Origin: a virus | Lineage: Duplodnaviria; Heunggongvirae; Uroviricota; Caudoviricetes | Direction: 5' to 3' (one strand) | DNA length: 63,488 nucleotides | Virus record (IMG/VR): IMGVR_UViG_3300009826_000001 | Location: 64,001 to 127,488 of that record | Shown: positions 26,886 through 36,051 of the stretch, in pieces | Position numbering within the stretch: the stretch's first letter is position 1 | How the letters are laid out: each line of letters opens with the position of its first letter | Made by a program: the position numbers and the translations under genes | Notes under the pieces: generated by a model | The model's database searches: none | What the model was told of the DNA's origin: nothing | Seen by the model: the letters and a program-made list of their open reading frames with translations, nothing else

Positions 26886-28004
26886 TTAGGCGGGCATCCG
26901 AATCGGCATCATCATGTGGAAATCGTCGTCGTAGCCGGCGCCGGTGAGCACCACCGGCTTGTGCGGGTGGTTGGCGTCGAGTTGCAGTGCCCCCGACGCG
27001 ATACCCTTGGCACACTCCTCGAGGCTGGTGCGCGCCAGCCGAACCGTGAACGGCAGCTCACCCGCGAACGCGAGATAGGTCACTTCGATCGACTGCTCGA
27101 TCTCGGTGTCGCCGGCGCGGTCGGTACTGACCACCCGCATCACACCCTGTCCTTCGTCGTCGGGTTCCTCAAGAGTCAGGGTGACGTCTTCACCCTTGCC
27201 CATCGCCGCCAGCAGATCGCGCCGCCGGAACATCACCGACACCGCAGCCGACTCCGGGATCAGGTTCTGCCACTTCGGGAAATCAGCGTCGAGCACCCGC
27301 GTGATGCTGATCCGTTCATCAGCACTGCGCAGCCGCAGCGCACCGATGCCGATGCGCGCCCCGTCACCGGCAAGCCGGCCGCCTTCGATGAAGATGGCCT
27401 CGTCGCCGGCAGCGAACGGCCGCAGGGCCGCACCGCTGACCGACGCCGTGATGCCGCCCTCCCTGTCATAACGGATGCGCGACAGTCGGATGCGGTTCGT
27501 GGACACCATCATGCCCTCGTCGAACCGCAGCGCGGTCAGCGCCGGCAAGGTGTCGTCGGTGCCGATCGACACCAGCGCACGGGCCAGCTGCCGCGCGCTG
27601 ATCAACGTTTCATCGGCGTCATCAGGAATGAACTTCGGCCAGGTCGGAAACTCGGCCCCGCCCACATTCATTGCCTTGAGCTTGACCGTCCGCTCTGCCG
27701 ACGAGATCGTCAGATGGGTGTCGGTGATCGTGAGATCGGCCACCCCTGTCACCGTTTTGGCGATGGGCTTGAGCTGGGCCACCAGATTGCCGGGATCAAT
27801 CAGGATGGTCGCGTTGGCGCCCCCATCGGCATCGAGCACCGCCTCGACGAACACCTCGTAATCGGTGCGCCGCAGCCGCAGTCCACCGACGAGCGCTGTG
27901 ACTTCCACAGCACCTAGCACGGGGACGCTGCGTGACGGCGGCACAGCCCTGGCGATCCAGGTCGCCTGCCGTGCCAAGTCAGCGGCGTTCACTGTGAGAT
28001 TCAT
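26886..28004 (-). CDS. dnaN: DNA polymerase III beta sliding clamp-like protein
   Basis: 372 aa; PVLGAV, RTDYEV, EFPTWP, STNRIRL, DFPKWQNLIP, KPVVL...MMMPIR. Confidence 0.85.
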   Translation of the reverse strand: MNLTVNAADLARQATWIARAVPPSRSVPVLGAVEVTALVGGLRLRRTDYEVFVEAVLDADGGANATILIDPGNLVAQLKPIAKTVTGVADLTITDTHLTISSAERTVKLKAMNVGGAEFPTWPKFIPDDADETLISARQLARALVSIGTDDTLPALTALRFDEGMMVSTNRIRLSRIRYDREGGITASVSGAALRPFAAGDEAIFIEGGRLAGDGARIGIGALRLRSADERISITRVLDADFPKWQNLIPESAAVSVMFRRRDLLAAMGKGEDVTLTLEEPDDEGQGVMRVVSTDRAGDTEIEQSIEVTYLAFAGELPFTVRLARTSLEECAKGIASGALQLDANHPHKPVVLTGAGYDDDFHMMMPIRMPA

Positions 28005-28064
28005 GGAGTTACCCTCTTTCTGTTTGTGTGGAAAAACCGATACCCGGATTCGGGTAACGGCGTG

Positions 28065-28571
28065 TCACTCGTAAACCACTCGGGCACGCTGCACCGTGAC
28101 GGCGTTGTCCTTCACGGAGATGCGGCCCTGGTCACTACGGTCTTCACCGACCCACTCCACCTCGCCGTTGAGCTCATAGCCCCACGGCACGATGAACTTG
28201 GCGATCAGATACTCCAGCCATGAGACGTAGTTGTAGAACTTCTCGACGCCGTCCCACTCGATGCACCGGCCGGCGTCATCGGGCACCCAACCACACCACA
28301 GGCCCGGCTGAGAGCCGGGTGGCCGGTTGCTGTTGAGCACGTCGTCGCCCTCGTCCTGGCCCATCATCCCGGTCTCGCCGACGAAATACTCGCCCTGCTC
28401 CCCGATCGGCAGCCCTACCGCCTCCCGCACCGGATCAGGCCGCGTTGCCGTCACCGCCGCGTTACGCACCACGCGCCGTGTCTTGTTGAAGAACAGCAGA
28501 TAAGCCCGCTGCTCGTCGGTCAGTGGCTTGTCCAGCTCGAACTCGCCGTAGAAATCGGTCGTGTAACCCAT
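28065..28571 (-). CDS. Conserved hypothetical phage protein
   Basis: MGYTTDFYGEF.LDKPL...LWCGW...IEWDGVEKFYNYVSWLEYLI; SD AAGGAG. Confidence 0.7.
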   Translation of the reverse strand: MGYTTDFYGEFELDKPLTDEQRAYLLFFNKTRRVVRNAAVTATRPDPVREAVGLPIGEQGEYFVGETGMMGQDEGDDVLNSNRPPGSQPGLWCGWVPDDAGRCIEWDGVEKFYNYVSWLEYLIAKFIVPWGYELNGEVEWVGEDRSDQGRISVKDNAVTVQRARVVYE

Positions 28572-28795
28572 CAGTTCTCCTTCACTAGTGGTTGATCGCC
28601 GTTGAGGTCGACGATCCGTCCGTAGGTGTGCTGCTCTAGCACTTCGGAGGGCCATTGGCCGTCCTGCACCATATCGACCAGGTCAAAAAGTCCCTGGCGA
28701 TCGAAATCCGATGCCACCGGCACGCGGTAGGTAATCCGCTCGTGTGTGGTCACCGTGATGGTTAACAGCCGGCCAGCATCATCGACGGGACTCAC
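28571..28795 (-). CDS. Small hypothetical protein
   Basis: GTGA overlap with the SWIM gene. Confidence 0.45.
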   Translation of the reverse strand: MSPVDDAGRLLTITVTTHERITYRVPVASDFDRQGLFDLVDMVQDGQWPSEVLEQHTYGRIVDLNGDQPLVKEN

Positions 28796-29166
28796 AGGTC
28801 GATCTGCCGTCCAGTCGATGCCCGGTGCGCGACCGGGACGCTTCCGCCCAGGTCCAAGAACGCGGTACGGGCGCTGGCCAGCATCGCCAGCGTGGCCGCA
28901 TCGAGCTCCATCTTCGCCTCGAACTCGACCTTGACCAGCCGCGCCAGAATGTCCGTCAAGTGCTTGCACTTGCGGTGCCGTTTCCAGCCCCAGCAGTCGC
29001 AGCCCCAGCTCCCATCGCTGCGGCGTTGAGCCACCCGGTAGACCGACGACGAGCTGGTGGACTTCACCATGAAGCGGTTGATCCATTGCGCGTTGTTGTC
29101 ATCCAGCGAGCTGCCGATCTGCGCGGCGATCTTCTCGACCTGGCTACGTGGTGTGTGTGTCATCAC
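28792..29166 (-). CDS. SWIM zinc-finger protein with C-terminal RTAFLDL...STGRQIDL tail
   Basis: WGCDCWGW...CKHL (CxC-xn-CxH). Confidence 0.8.
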   Translation of the reverse strand: MMTHTPRSQVEKIAAQIGSSLDDNNAQWINRFMVKSTSSSSVYRVAQRRSDGSWGCDCWGWKRHRKCKHLTDILARLVKVEFEAKMELDAATLAMLASARTAFLDLGGSVPVAHRASTGRQIDL

Positions 29167-29336
29167 GCCTCCGCCTCGTAGCCATCGAAGGCGGTGACGT
29201 CACCAACCGCGTTCCTGTAGCTCGTGGCAGGGTCCTGGCACCACGCCTGCGCTTGTTCGAGCGTGAGCCCGGTCTTGACCACTTCGCGCGGCCGATCGCT
29301 GCGGTAGAACCGGACAATCCTGTAGGTATCGCTCAT
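29163..29336 (-). CDS. Small hypothetical phage protein
   Basis: YRIVRFY...KTGLTLEQAQAWC.DP.TS. Confidence 0.55.
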   Translation of the reverse strand: MSDTYRIVRFYRSDRPREVVKTGLTLEQAQAWCQDPATSYRNAVGDVTAFDGYEAEA

Positions 29337-29641
29337 CGCTTGTTCACCCACTCGTTCTCGTCGTAGCTGCGGAACATGCCAGCGAAGTACGCGGCCTGCG
29401 CGACCTCGAAGCAGTCCACGTCGGTGCGCTGACCCTTGATCCACTCCTGGCCACCGCGCCGGAACACCCGCGTGACGGTGTAGTAGTCCATCGGGGTCAG
29501 CTCGACGCGCACCGCATAACCGTTGGACACGGGCAGCTCGATGCCATCGGCGATGGCCTTCACCCGGCCGCCCGAGATCGAGGCGATGTTCATTCGCCCG
29601 ATCTGGCGCGCGATCTCCTGTCGCTGTTCTGGGTCGATCAT
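29333..29641 (-). CDS. Hypothetical phage protein
   Basis: QIGRMNIASISGG...LPVSNGY.V...DYYTV.R. Confidence 0.65.
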   Translation of the reverse strand: MIDPEQRQEIARQIGRMNIASISGGRVKAIADGIELPVSNGYAVRVELTPMDYYTVTRVFRRGGQEWIKGQRTDVDCFEVAQAAYFAGMFRSYDENEWVNKR

Positions 29642-29971
29642 TTTGTTCCTTTCATCGTGGGTTGGTTGTCGTGTCGTAGTTTGTCGATGACCACCGACAG
29701 CTGCGCCTCGGCGGCTGCGGCCCAGGCTTTGCGCTCCCGGTTCTGGGCGGCCCCTCCGACTGGCCGCGGACCAGCAGCCCGTACCCAGTCCTGCACGGCC
29801 AGCTGGACCTCGAACATTGTGTTCTCTCCTAGGTGGTTGGGCTCTAGTCTTGTGTGATGGTTTGCTCGGGTATGGTGACGGTTACTCCGCCGTCGTGTGG
29901 GAAGTCAACGCTGTACTCGATACCTAGGTAGTCGAGTAGTTCTGTCAGACATGCCTGGTTTAGGTCCACGG

Positions 29972-30187
29972 TTACACTCCTAACGCTTTCAGTAGTTCGG
30001 TGGCGTCTGCCAGTTCCCCCGAAGCCAGCTCCTGGTCGATCAGCGCGATCTTGAGCTCCGCGAGCTGGCGCTCCGCGTCGGTGGTGTGCTCCAGTTCGAG
30101 CCACGCCTGCCACTGCCGGCGATAGTTCAGCAGTGCCTCACGAGCGATGTCGATTGTTGTTGTCACGTTCTTCCTTCCGATCTTCAT
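29972..30187 (-). CDS. Hypothetical protein
   Basis: Overlap-coupled; helical. Confidence 0.5.
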   Translation of the reverse strand: MKIGRKNVTTTIDIAREALLNYRRQWQAWLELEHTTDAERQLAELKIALIDQELASGELADATELLKALGV

Positions 30188-30405
30188 GACGGGTCCTCTC
30201 GTACCGGACGCTTGCCGACCGCTTTGCGCGCGGCCATGTGCCGGTCGTAACGGGCCATGCGCTCAGGCAAGCTGTCCCACTGGCGGCGCGCATCGCGCAC
30301 CGCCGGGTCGGTTCGTTCCAGCTTGTCCAACTCGGCCTTGAGCTTGCTGTAACCAATCGGTTTCAGCCGGCCGATCGCCTTCCCGTTGCGGCGTTTGCTG
30401 CTCAT
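30184..30405 (-). CDS. Small basic protein
   Basis: SD GAGGG; ATGA overlap. Confidence 0.5.
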   Translation of the reverse strand: MSSKRRNGKAIGRLKPIGYSKLKAELDKLERTDPAVRDARRQWDSLPERMARYDRHMAARKAVGKRPVREDPS

Positions 30406-30791
30406 GACGCACCCTCAATGAGGACGTCAGCCGGGTCCACCTTGAGCAGACCGCGGCGCGCCGACCGCAGGTATTGACCGTTCGCGCCGCCCAGCCTGGC
30501 GAGGCTGACCGTTGCACCGCCGCGATCAGTGATCACCACCCACAACCCGGCGTACTTGCCGCTAGTGATCCGCACCAGCTCGCCGGGGTGGTAGTACGTC
30601 TCAGCGGTCACCGCACTGACGTGCGTGCCGGGCTCGATCAAGATCCGGTACGGCGCCCGTAGGCCGCGGCCGCCGCCGTCAGGCATGAGCACCGCGTTGA
30701 CCGGGTTGAGCGCCTTGATCGTCCAGGTGCCCGGGAACTTCGGGTCGTCGACGCTGACCTTGTCGCCGACGCGCAATTTCGCTCTGTCCAT
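30402..30791 (-). CDS. Hypothetical protein (two SH3/KOW-like repeats)
   Basis: LRVGDKVSV and YHPGELVRI..GKYAG patterns. Confidence 0.55.
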   Translation of the reverse strand: MDRAKLRVGDKVSVDDPKFPGTWTIKALNPVNAVLMPDGGGRGLRAPYRILIEPGTHVSAVTAETYYHPGELVRITSGKYAGLWVVITDRGGATVSLARLGGANGQYLRSARRGLLKVDPADVLIEGAS

Positions 30792-30816
30792 TCTGGTTCT
30801 CCATTCCTTGAGTTGG

Positions 30817-31140
30817 TTACTTGAATCCTGGGAATCCTGGGATATCTTTCGGGTCGAGGCCGAGCTCCCTCAGTCGCTCAACTTCTTCCCAGATGCCGAG
30901 CGCCTGCAGTCGTTCGACCACTTCGTAGGGAAGTTGCCGGGCCTGTGCTGCGCGGTGTGCTTCGCTGCCGGCCTCCGCCCACGCCGGCAGGGGCTCGTCC
31001 GGCGGATCACCGGGGAGCAGCGATCCGATGAGCGAGTGCGCCTGGATGGGACGTCGTTGCGCATCCTCGAACTCCGCGCGGCTGAACTTGATCTCGTCCA
31101 ACAGCGTCACGCCGTCGTCGTCGATCAGTAGTAACTTCAT
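30817..31140 (-). CDS. Hypothetical protein
   Basis: SD AAGGAGG. Confidence 0.55.
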   Translation of the reverse strand: MKLLLIDDDGVTLLDEIKFSRAEFEDAQRRPIQAHSLIGSLLPGDPPDEPLPAWAEAGSEAHRAAQARQLPYEVVERLQALGIWEEVERLRELGLDPKDIPGFPGFK

Positions 31141-31685
31141 GCGACGAACCCTCCTTGTAGGAATTTCTGCAGTTTGGCGCCACAGTCAGGACAGAGCACC
31201 TTCTTCTCGCCGGTCGCACGGTTGAGCTTCCACACCTGGACGTCAAGCCTGGTCAGCTCACCGCTGTAGTCGATCGGTTTGTAGCACCCGGCACAGCGCT
31301 CGCCACCCACCCGGATTCGGGTCTCCAGTGCCTCGATGAGCTCGCGCATCACCAGATCGGGCAGCTCGGCGGTATGAGCCATCGGATGGTCGGCATAGGC
31401 GATCTGGGTATCGCCCGCATCGCGGTAGACGCCGATAGCGAATCCCACCGTCGATACCAGCGCAGGCTGTTCCCGGTCCAGCCGGTCGCGCGTCGGCTGG
31501 TCGGTGATAGTTGCCTCGTGGCCGTTCGGGCTTTTCGCCGAGTCGGTGATCATCACCGTGGTGTCCGTGCCGAAGTACCCGACCAGGGCCGTACAGCCGC
31601 CGCCGGTATCCCACAGCTGGAACGTCACGCCCAGCGTTTCCTCCAGCACGTCGACCATCGGCGCGTACAGCGATGGCTCACTCAT
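31137..31685 (-). CDS. Hypothetical protein (WDTGGGC family) with C-terminal Zn ribbon
   Basis: SD GGAGG; paralog of 49225-49629. Confidence 0.6.
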   Translation of the reverse strand: MSEPSLYAPMVDVLEETLGVTFQLWDTGGGCTALVGYFGTDTTVMITDSAKSPNGHEATITDQPTRDRLDREQPALVSTVGFAIGVYRDAGDTQIAYADHPMAHTAELPDLVMRELIEALETRIRVGGERCAGCYKPIDYSGELTRLDVQVWKLNRATGEKKVLCPDCGAKLQKFLQGGFVA

Positions 31686-31918
31686 CACGCCTCCGCACAA
31701 ACGCGGTGACGCCACTCGCTCGCAGGCAGGACGTCCCAGCAGTCGCCGGAGCCCTCCTCGATCCGCAGTCCGAGGCGTGCCGCCACGGTCTTGGGCTGCG
31801 CCGCTTCGATCTCGGCGACCTCCGCACACGCGCCGTCGAGCGTGCGGAAGTTGACCCGCGCCACGAACTGCGCGGTATCACCTTGCTTGAGCCCGAGGTT
31901 GACTGTCACTCGATACAT
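31685..31918 (-). CDS. Small hypothetical protein
   Basis: SD in CCCCACGAAAGGAG. Confidence 0.55.
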   Translation of the reverse strand: MYRVTVNLGLKQGDTAQFVARVNFRTLDGACAEVAEIEAAQPKTVAARLGLRIEEGSGDCWDVLPASEWRHRVCAEA

Positions 31919-31944
31919 CTGATTCTCCTTTCGTGGGGTGATGG

Positions 31945-32928
31945 TTAGGACGCCGCTGCCTTGCGGGGAGCGGCCTTGCGGGGAGCTGCCTTCTTGGCGG
32001 GTGCCTTCTTGGCCGGAGCTTTTCCCTTGGCGGGATGCGCCGCGATGGACGCCTCCAATGCGGTGTCTTCGTCCAGGCTGACCGCCGGCTTGCTTCCCTT
32101 CTTGGCCGCCACGCTGGCTTCCAGCTTGGCGATCAGGTCGCTCACGTCGTCCGGTGGTGCGTCGGGAGCGTCCGCAGTGACCTCAATGGACTGTCCAGCC
32201 GCCCTGGCCTCGATCGCCTTGGACAACTGCTGCTGGTACACGTCGACGTATTCAGCAGGGTTCCAGTCCTCGATCATGGCTTGCACGACCGACCGGCCCA
32301 CCGGCAACAGCCGCTGATCCACTGGCACATCCTTGGCCTCGGTGAGCACGGAGAACGCCGGGGAGCGCACCTCGTCGGGCCACAGCATGTTCTGGACCAC
32401 CAGGATGCCGCCGAACTCAGTGGGTTCGGGCCGCAAGATCGCGATCCGGTTGGTGGTTCGCATGGTGTACTGCACGACCGCGACCAGGTCTTCTTCGGTC
32501 ATGATCTGCAGGATCATCTTGTAGGTGGCGATCGCCGCGTTGCCGCCGCGCTTCGGGTTCTTGTCAGGCAACAGGTAGTACGCCTTCTCGCCGGAGAACA
32601 TCAGCGACTTGATCTCCTTGAGCCGCACGAAGCGCAGGATCTCCATGCCACCGCCGGCGTTCGTGACGATGGCGTCCTTGTCGGCCGGCGTGAGAAACAC
32701 GATGCCGTCGTCGTGCTCATAGCCGCTGACCAGATCGCCCTGCTGGACGGTCACTTCGCAGGTGGCACACATGCGGGGCATCGTGATCCGCGTGTAGCTG
32801 CCATCGGCGTGGGGGCCGTGATAGTTGCCAGCAGGCCGATCGTGGTTGTCGATCGCGGTCATCAGCTGGATGGGGAAGTTGACCAGCCCCATTCCCAGGC
32901 TGCCGTTATAGATGGATCGAGGACTCAT
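31945..32928 (-). CDS. ku: Ku-like DNA end-binding protein with PAKK-rich tail
   Basis: RSIYNGSLGMGLVNFPIQL, YYLLPD, AVVQYTMR, MLWPDEVR, WNPAEYVDVY; basic AKKAP repeats. Confidence 0.9.
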   Translation of the reverse strand: MSPRSIYNGSLGMGLVNFPIQLMTAIDNHDRPAGNYHGPHADGSYTRITMPRMCATCEVTVQQGDLVSGYEHDDGIVFLTPADKDAIVTNAGGGMEILRFVRLKEIKSLMFSGEKAYYLLPDKNPKRGGNAAIATYKMILQIMTEEDLVAVVQYTMRTTNRIAILRPEPTEFGGILVVQNMLWPDEVRSPAFSVLTEAKDVPVDQRLLPVGRSVVQAMIEDWNPAEYVDVYQQQLSKAIEARAAGQSIEVTADAPDAPPDDVSDLIAKLEASVAAKKGSKPAVSLDEDTALEASIAAHPAKGKAPAKKAPAKKAAPRKAAPRKAAAS

Positions 32929-32980
32929 TTTCGTTTCTCCATTTCGTGGGGATTTGGATTTACCCGTTTCCGGGTGGGTG

Positions 32981-33262
32981 TTACTGGTGTTGCTTACGCC
33001 GTTTTCTTCGGCGCTCTTGCTGGTAGAGCCTTGCCCAGCGGCTGCACGCATCACAGCCGCACTTATAGAACCCGTAGCCACTGGCGGTGCCGTGTTTGTC
33101 GTCGGGGCATCCCCGCACGGCCGCACGACGCTTTGCCCGCTGGCTGATGACACTCGTGCGCTGGCGCCGGCACTCCGGTGAACACGTCACCGATGGCCGG
33201 CCCGTGGGTGCGGGGCTGTATTGACGACCGCAGACCACGCACACACGGGTTGGCGCGTCCAT
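32981..33262 (-). CDS. Small basic Zn-binding protein
   Basis: CVVCG...TCSPEC and HGTASGY..YKCGCDAC; first gene after promoter copy 1. Confidence 0.6.
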   Translation of the reverse strand: MDAPTRVCVVCGRQYSPAPTGRPSVTCSPECRRQRTSVISQRAKRRAAVRGCPDDKHGTASGYGFYKCGCDACSRWARLYQQERRRKRRKQHQ

Positions 33263-33309
33263 TTTCGAACTCCTTTCTGTCGATTCCGATTTCTCAACCT
33301 TCAACTACT

Positions 33310-33338
33310 ATTATACCGCACTTGACGCCTTATGTCAA
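33310..33338 (-). promoter_or_regulatory. SigA-type promoter, copy 1
   Basis: TTGACA-N17-TATAAT followed by the AGTAGTTGAAGGTTGAGAAA leader. Confidence 0.9.
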
Positions 33339-33344
33339 GTGTTT

Positions 33345-34955
33345 TCAATGTGCCAGATACTCGTTGTAAACCTTGTCGGCCTTGAGTTTGCCGGTCATAA
33401 CCTCCTCAACGGGTGCCAGCGTGTAGCCGTTGGCGGCGAGGAACTCCAGGTAGCACTTGGCGCCCACAGCACGCGACCACTCGTTGACCGACTTGCGCCA
33501 CTCGTCCTTGGGCGTGCGATTCTCCAACGCGCCCAGCACCAGCCCAAGCGTGATCACCAGTGCGCGGGGATCGCCGGTGTCGGGCAACGCGTCCAGCACC
33601 GCACCCAGACTGGCCGCCTGCGACTCGTCCTTGTCCTTGCGTACCCCGTACTCAAACCGGCTGCGCCTGACGCTGTCGACGCCGAGCAGCTCCGCGGTCA
33701 CGTCGCCGGCATGGTAGTCGGACAGCAGATGGCCGTCGTCGGTCAGGCATTTGGCGATGAAGATCGCCGCGCCCTGAGGCGGTGTCTTGCGCTCCAGCAT
33801 GGCCTTGACGAACTCGCGGCGGACCTGCTGGGCCGCATCGCCCAGTCGGTTGAGCGCGATCACCTTGCGCCGTTCGCGCTTCTCAGCCTTGGCCGCTTCG
33901 GCTGCCGCCATTGGCGTCTGCTGACCGGCCTCACCGGCCCTCGTCGGTCGGTCGGGACGCTTACGCAGCCGCAGTCCCGCACCCTCGACGTCGATGCAGT
34001 AGTAGTCGGCGACGAAAGCCTCCCGTTCCTCGACGCTGTCGGCATGACGCAGACCTTCCTCGGGCTCGGCATCGGGCCGACCTTCGGTTGTCCAGTCGAC
34101 CCATTCCTCGTCGAGGAACTCGCCGGTCTTCTTGTCGACCAGCACGGTTTCCTCGATCAGATGCACCGCCCACAGCTTCGGATTGGCGGTAGTGGCGTCC
34201 TTGGTCACGTCCCCGCCGTCGCTGGTTTCCAGCCGGTCTAGCGCGATGTACTTCTCGTCAAAGCTGCTGGGCCAGTGGTCGACAGTGGTGAACCCGACCT
34301 CGCGGTAGCTTTCTGCGGCCTTGTCCAGCTTCTCGTCGCGCTTGCGCCGCTCGCGCAGCTGCGCGGCGACGTGCTCGAAGCTGGAATGACCCACGCTGTT
34401 GCGCAGCCGGACCAGGGCCTGCTCGTCGCCATCGAACTCCGCGAGCACTGCGGCCTCGGCGAACGTGAGCTGGCTGTTCTCTTTGAGCTCGTCGAGCGCG
34501 AGCTGTGAGGCGCCGATCGCCTTGGCCGCTTTGATCGTCGCTGGCGGGACCGACAGCTTCTTGGCGATCTTGGCCTGCGACATTCCGACGCCCAGCAACT
34601 CCTGGATGCCCAGCACCCGCTCCACGTTGGTGAGCTCCTGGCGTTGATCGTTTTCGACGATCTGAGTGGTCACCCGCTCGACCGTGTTCTCGATCAGCTC
34701 CAGCGGCGCCTCGGTGATGTAGACCGGGATGCTGGCTAATCCGGCCTTGCGCGCCGCAAGAGTGCGGCGCTGGCCTAGTCGGACCCTGACCGTCCCGTCC
34801 GCATCACGCGTGGCGCCCACCGGCTCCAGCACGCCGTGCTCGGCGATGCTGGCCAGGAAGTCCTTGGTCAGATTCGCCTCGGTGCGGACGTTGGTGTCCA
34901 GCACCAGCGTGTTCGGGTCGAGAAATTCGAGGTGGCCGTTGTCCTGGTTACTCAT
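33345..34955 (-). CDS. parB: ParB/RepB/Spo0J family partition protein
   Basis: LDTNVR...SIAEHGVLEP...GQRRTLAA...ENDQRQELTNVER, HTH GMSQAKIAKKL; SD GAAAGGAAG. Confidence 0.85.
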   Translation of the reverse strand: MSNQDNGHLEFLDPNTLVLDTNVRTEANLTKDFLASIAEHGVLEPVGATRDADGTVRVRLGQRRTLAARKAGLASIPVYITEAPLELIENTVERVTTQIVENDQRQELTNVERVLGIQELLGVGMSQAKIAKKLSVPPATIKAAKAIGASQLALDELKENSQLTFAEAAVLAEFDGDEQALVRLRNSVGHSSFEHVAAQLRERRKRDEKLDKAAESYREVGFTTVDHWPSSFDEKYIALDRLETSDGGDVTKDATTANPKLWAVHLIEETVLVDKKTGEFLDEEWVDWTTEGRPDAEPEEGLRHADSVEEREAFVADYYCIDVEGAGLRLRKRPDRPTRAGEAGQQTPMAAAEAAKAEKRERRKVIALNRLGDAAQQVRREFVKAMLERKTPPQGAAIFIAKCLTDDGHLLSDYHAGDVTAELLGVDSVRRSRFEYGVRKDKDESQAASLGAVLDALPDTGDPRALVITLGLVLGALENRTPKDEWRKSVNEWSRAVGAKCYLEFLAANGYTLAPVEEVMTGKLKADKVYNEYLAH

Positions 34956-35122
34956 GGTTGTTGCTTCCTTTCGGTGTTGGTTTCCTGGTTGCCCGGATTT
35001 GGGTCGGGCTGGTCGAGCTTGTTGACGGCCTGGTGGAACCGCTTGTCCTCGAGCGGCCCGTGGTGCCACGCCCGCCGCCGCTTCCAGTGCTTGCCCTTCT
35101 GCGGTTTGCCATCGCCGCCCAC
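34952..35122 (-). CDS. Small basic hypothetical protein
   Basis: SD GAAAGGAG before GTG; ATGA overlap with parB. Confidence 0.4.
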   Translation of the reverse strand: MGGDGKPQKGKHWKRRRAWHHGPLEDKRFHQAVNKLDQPDPNPGNQETNTERKQQP

Positions 35123-35185
35123 CTGAAATCTCCTTTCATCGCGCCGGCCGCGACGCCGCGACGCCGGCAAATTTTTCATGCGTTG

Positions 35186-35587
35186 TCATCGCGCGATTCC
35201 CACGAGGGTGCCGCGCGGGGGCACCGGAGCGGGCACGTTCGCCTGCTCTGTTTGCGCCCCCGGCGCATCCGGGCACAGATAGCGCCCGGCGTCGGTGACC
35301 AGGCACTCCACATAGATGTGCGGCCACTGCGCCATGATCGTTGTCTCGTAGATCAACTGGTTGGCGGGCATGTGCTGCAGCTCGTCGCACAGCATCCGGC
35401 CCTTGTCCAGCGTGGCCCACGCCGGACTCGGGTCGATTCCCTGGCTGCGCAGCGCGCTGATATAGGCGCTGTCCTGCGCTGTGTCAGCCTTGGCCATGCC
35501 GGCGGCGATGACCAGGCCGGCCGCGGTCAGCATCGCGCCGGCGGCGATGCCGCCACCAATGACGAGCCGCTTTGTTGAGGTATCCAT
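35186..35587 (-). CDS. DUF732-like exported protein
   Basis: Signal peptide ending AKA-D; DSAYISALRSQGI...GRMLCDEL...YLCP. Confidence 0.75.
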   Translation of the reverse strand: MDTSTKRLVIGGGIAAGAMLTAAGLVIAAGMAKADTAQDSAYISALRSQGIDPSPAWATLDKGRMLCDELQHMPANQLIYETTIMAQWPHIYVECLVTDAGRYLCPDAPGAQTEQANVPAPVPPRGTLVGIAR

Positions 35588-35588
35588 G

Positions 35589-35825
35589 TCAGTTTCCTTT
35601 CAATCCGAATCCGTCGAGCCAACCGATGCCCAGCTCGTCGAGTGTGAGTTCCTGTAGGTCGATCTGATACCGCTTACCCTCCTTGTCGCGGACCACGAAG
35701 CACACCGCTGTGCTCTGTGGATCACGCATGATCGCCAGCGCTGCCTTCGCAGCGTCGGTCGGCGTCTTGCCGGGGACGCTGATCGCCCAGTAGACGTCGA
35801 ACTCCTGTTCTTCCGGGGATTCCAA
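35589..35825 (-). CDS. Small hypothetical protein
   Basis: SD AAGGAG; AKAALAIMRDPQSTAVCF. Confidence 0.55.
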   Translation of the reverse strand: MESPEEQEFDVYWAISVPGKTPTDAAKAALAIMRDPQSTAVCFVVRDKEGKRYQIDLQELTLDELGIGWLDGFGLKGN

Positions 35826-35899
35826 TTGACACTCCTTCTTCTCGTGGGGTTAACTTCGGCGCGGCGTTGCCAGGACGGCAACAACAGGCGGTTGATACT

Positions 35900-36013
35900 G
35901 AGGCGGCGGACCCGCCGTCTGCTGAGGAACAGCTTTGACCACAGCTGAGAGAGGCACAGGGTAAAGCCGACCGCAGAGGGAAACCACCGCGGACGGGGCG
36001 ACGGGTCCGCCTC
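35900..36013. ncRNA. Candidate structured RNA in an apparently non-coding gap
   Basis: Bulged closing stem GAGG/CGGACCCG/CCGTC pairs with 35991-36013; internal hairpins; no convincing ORF. Confidence 0.3.
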
Positions 36014-36051
36014 GTCATCAATATTCCAGAACCATCTGACATCTCCTTTCG

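Noticed and set aside
35921-35985. Hammerhead ribozyme (CUGAGGA ... GAAA)
   Set aside because: Stem II does not close correctly before GAAA (purine at position 11.1) and no stem I/III with a cleavage triplet was found.
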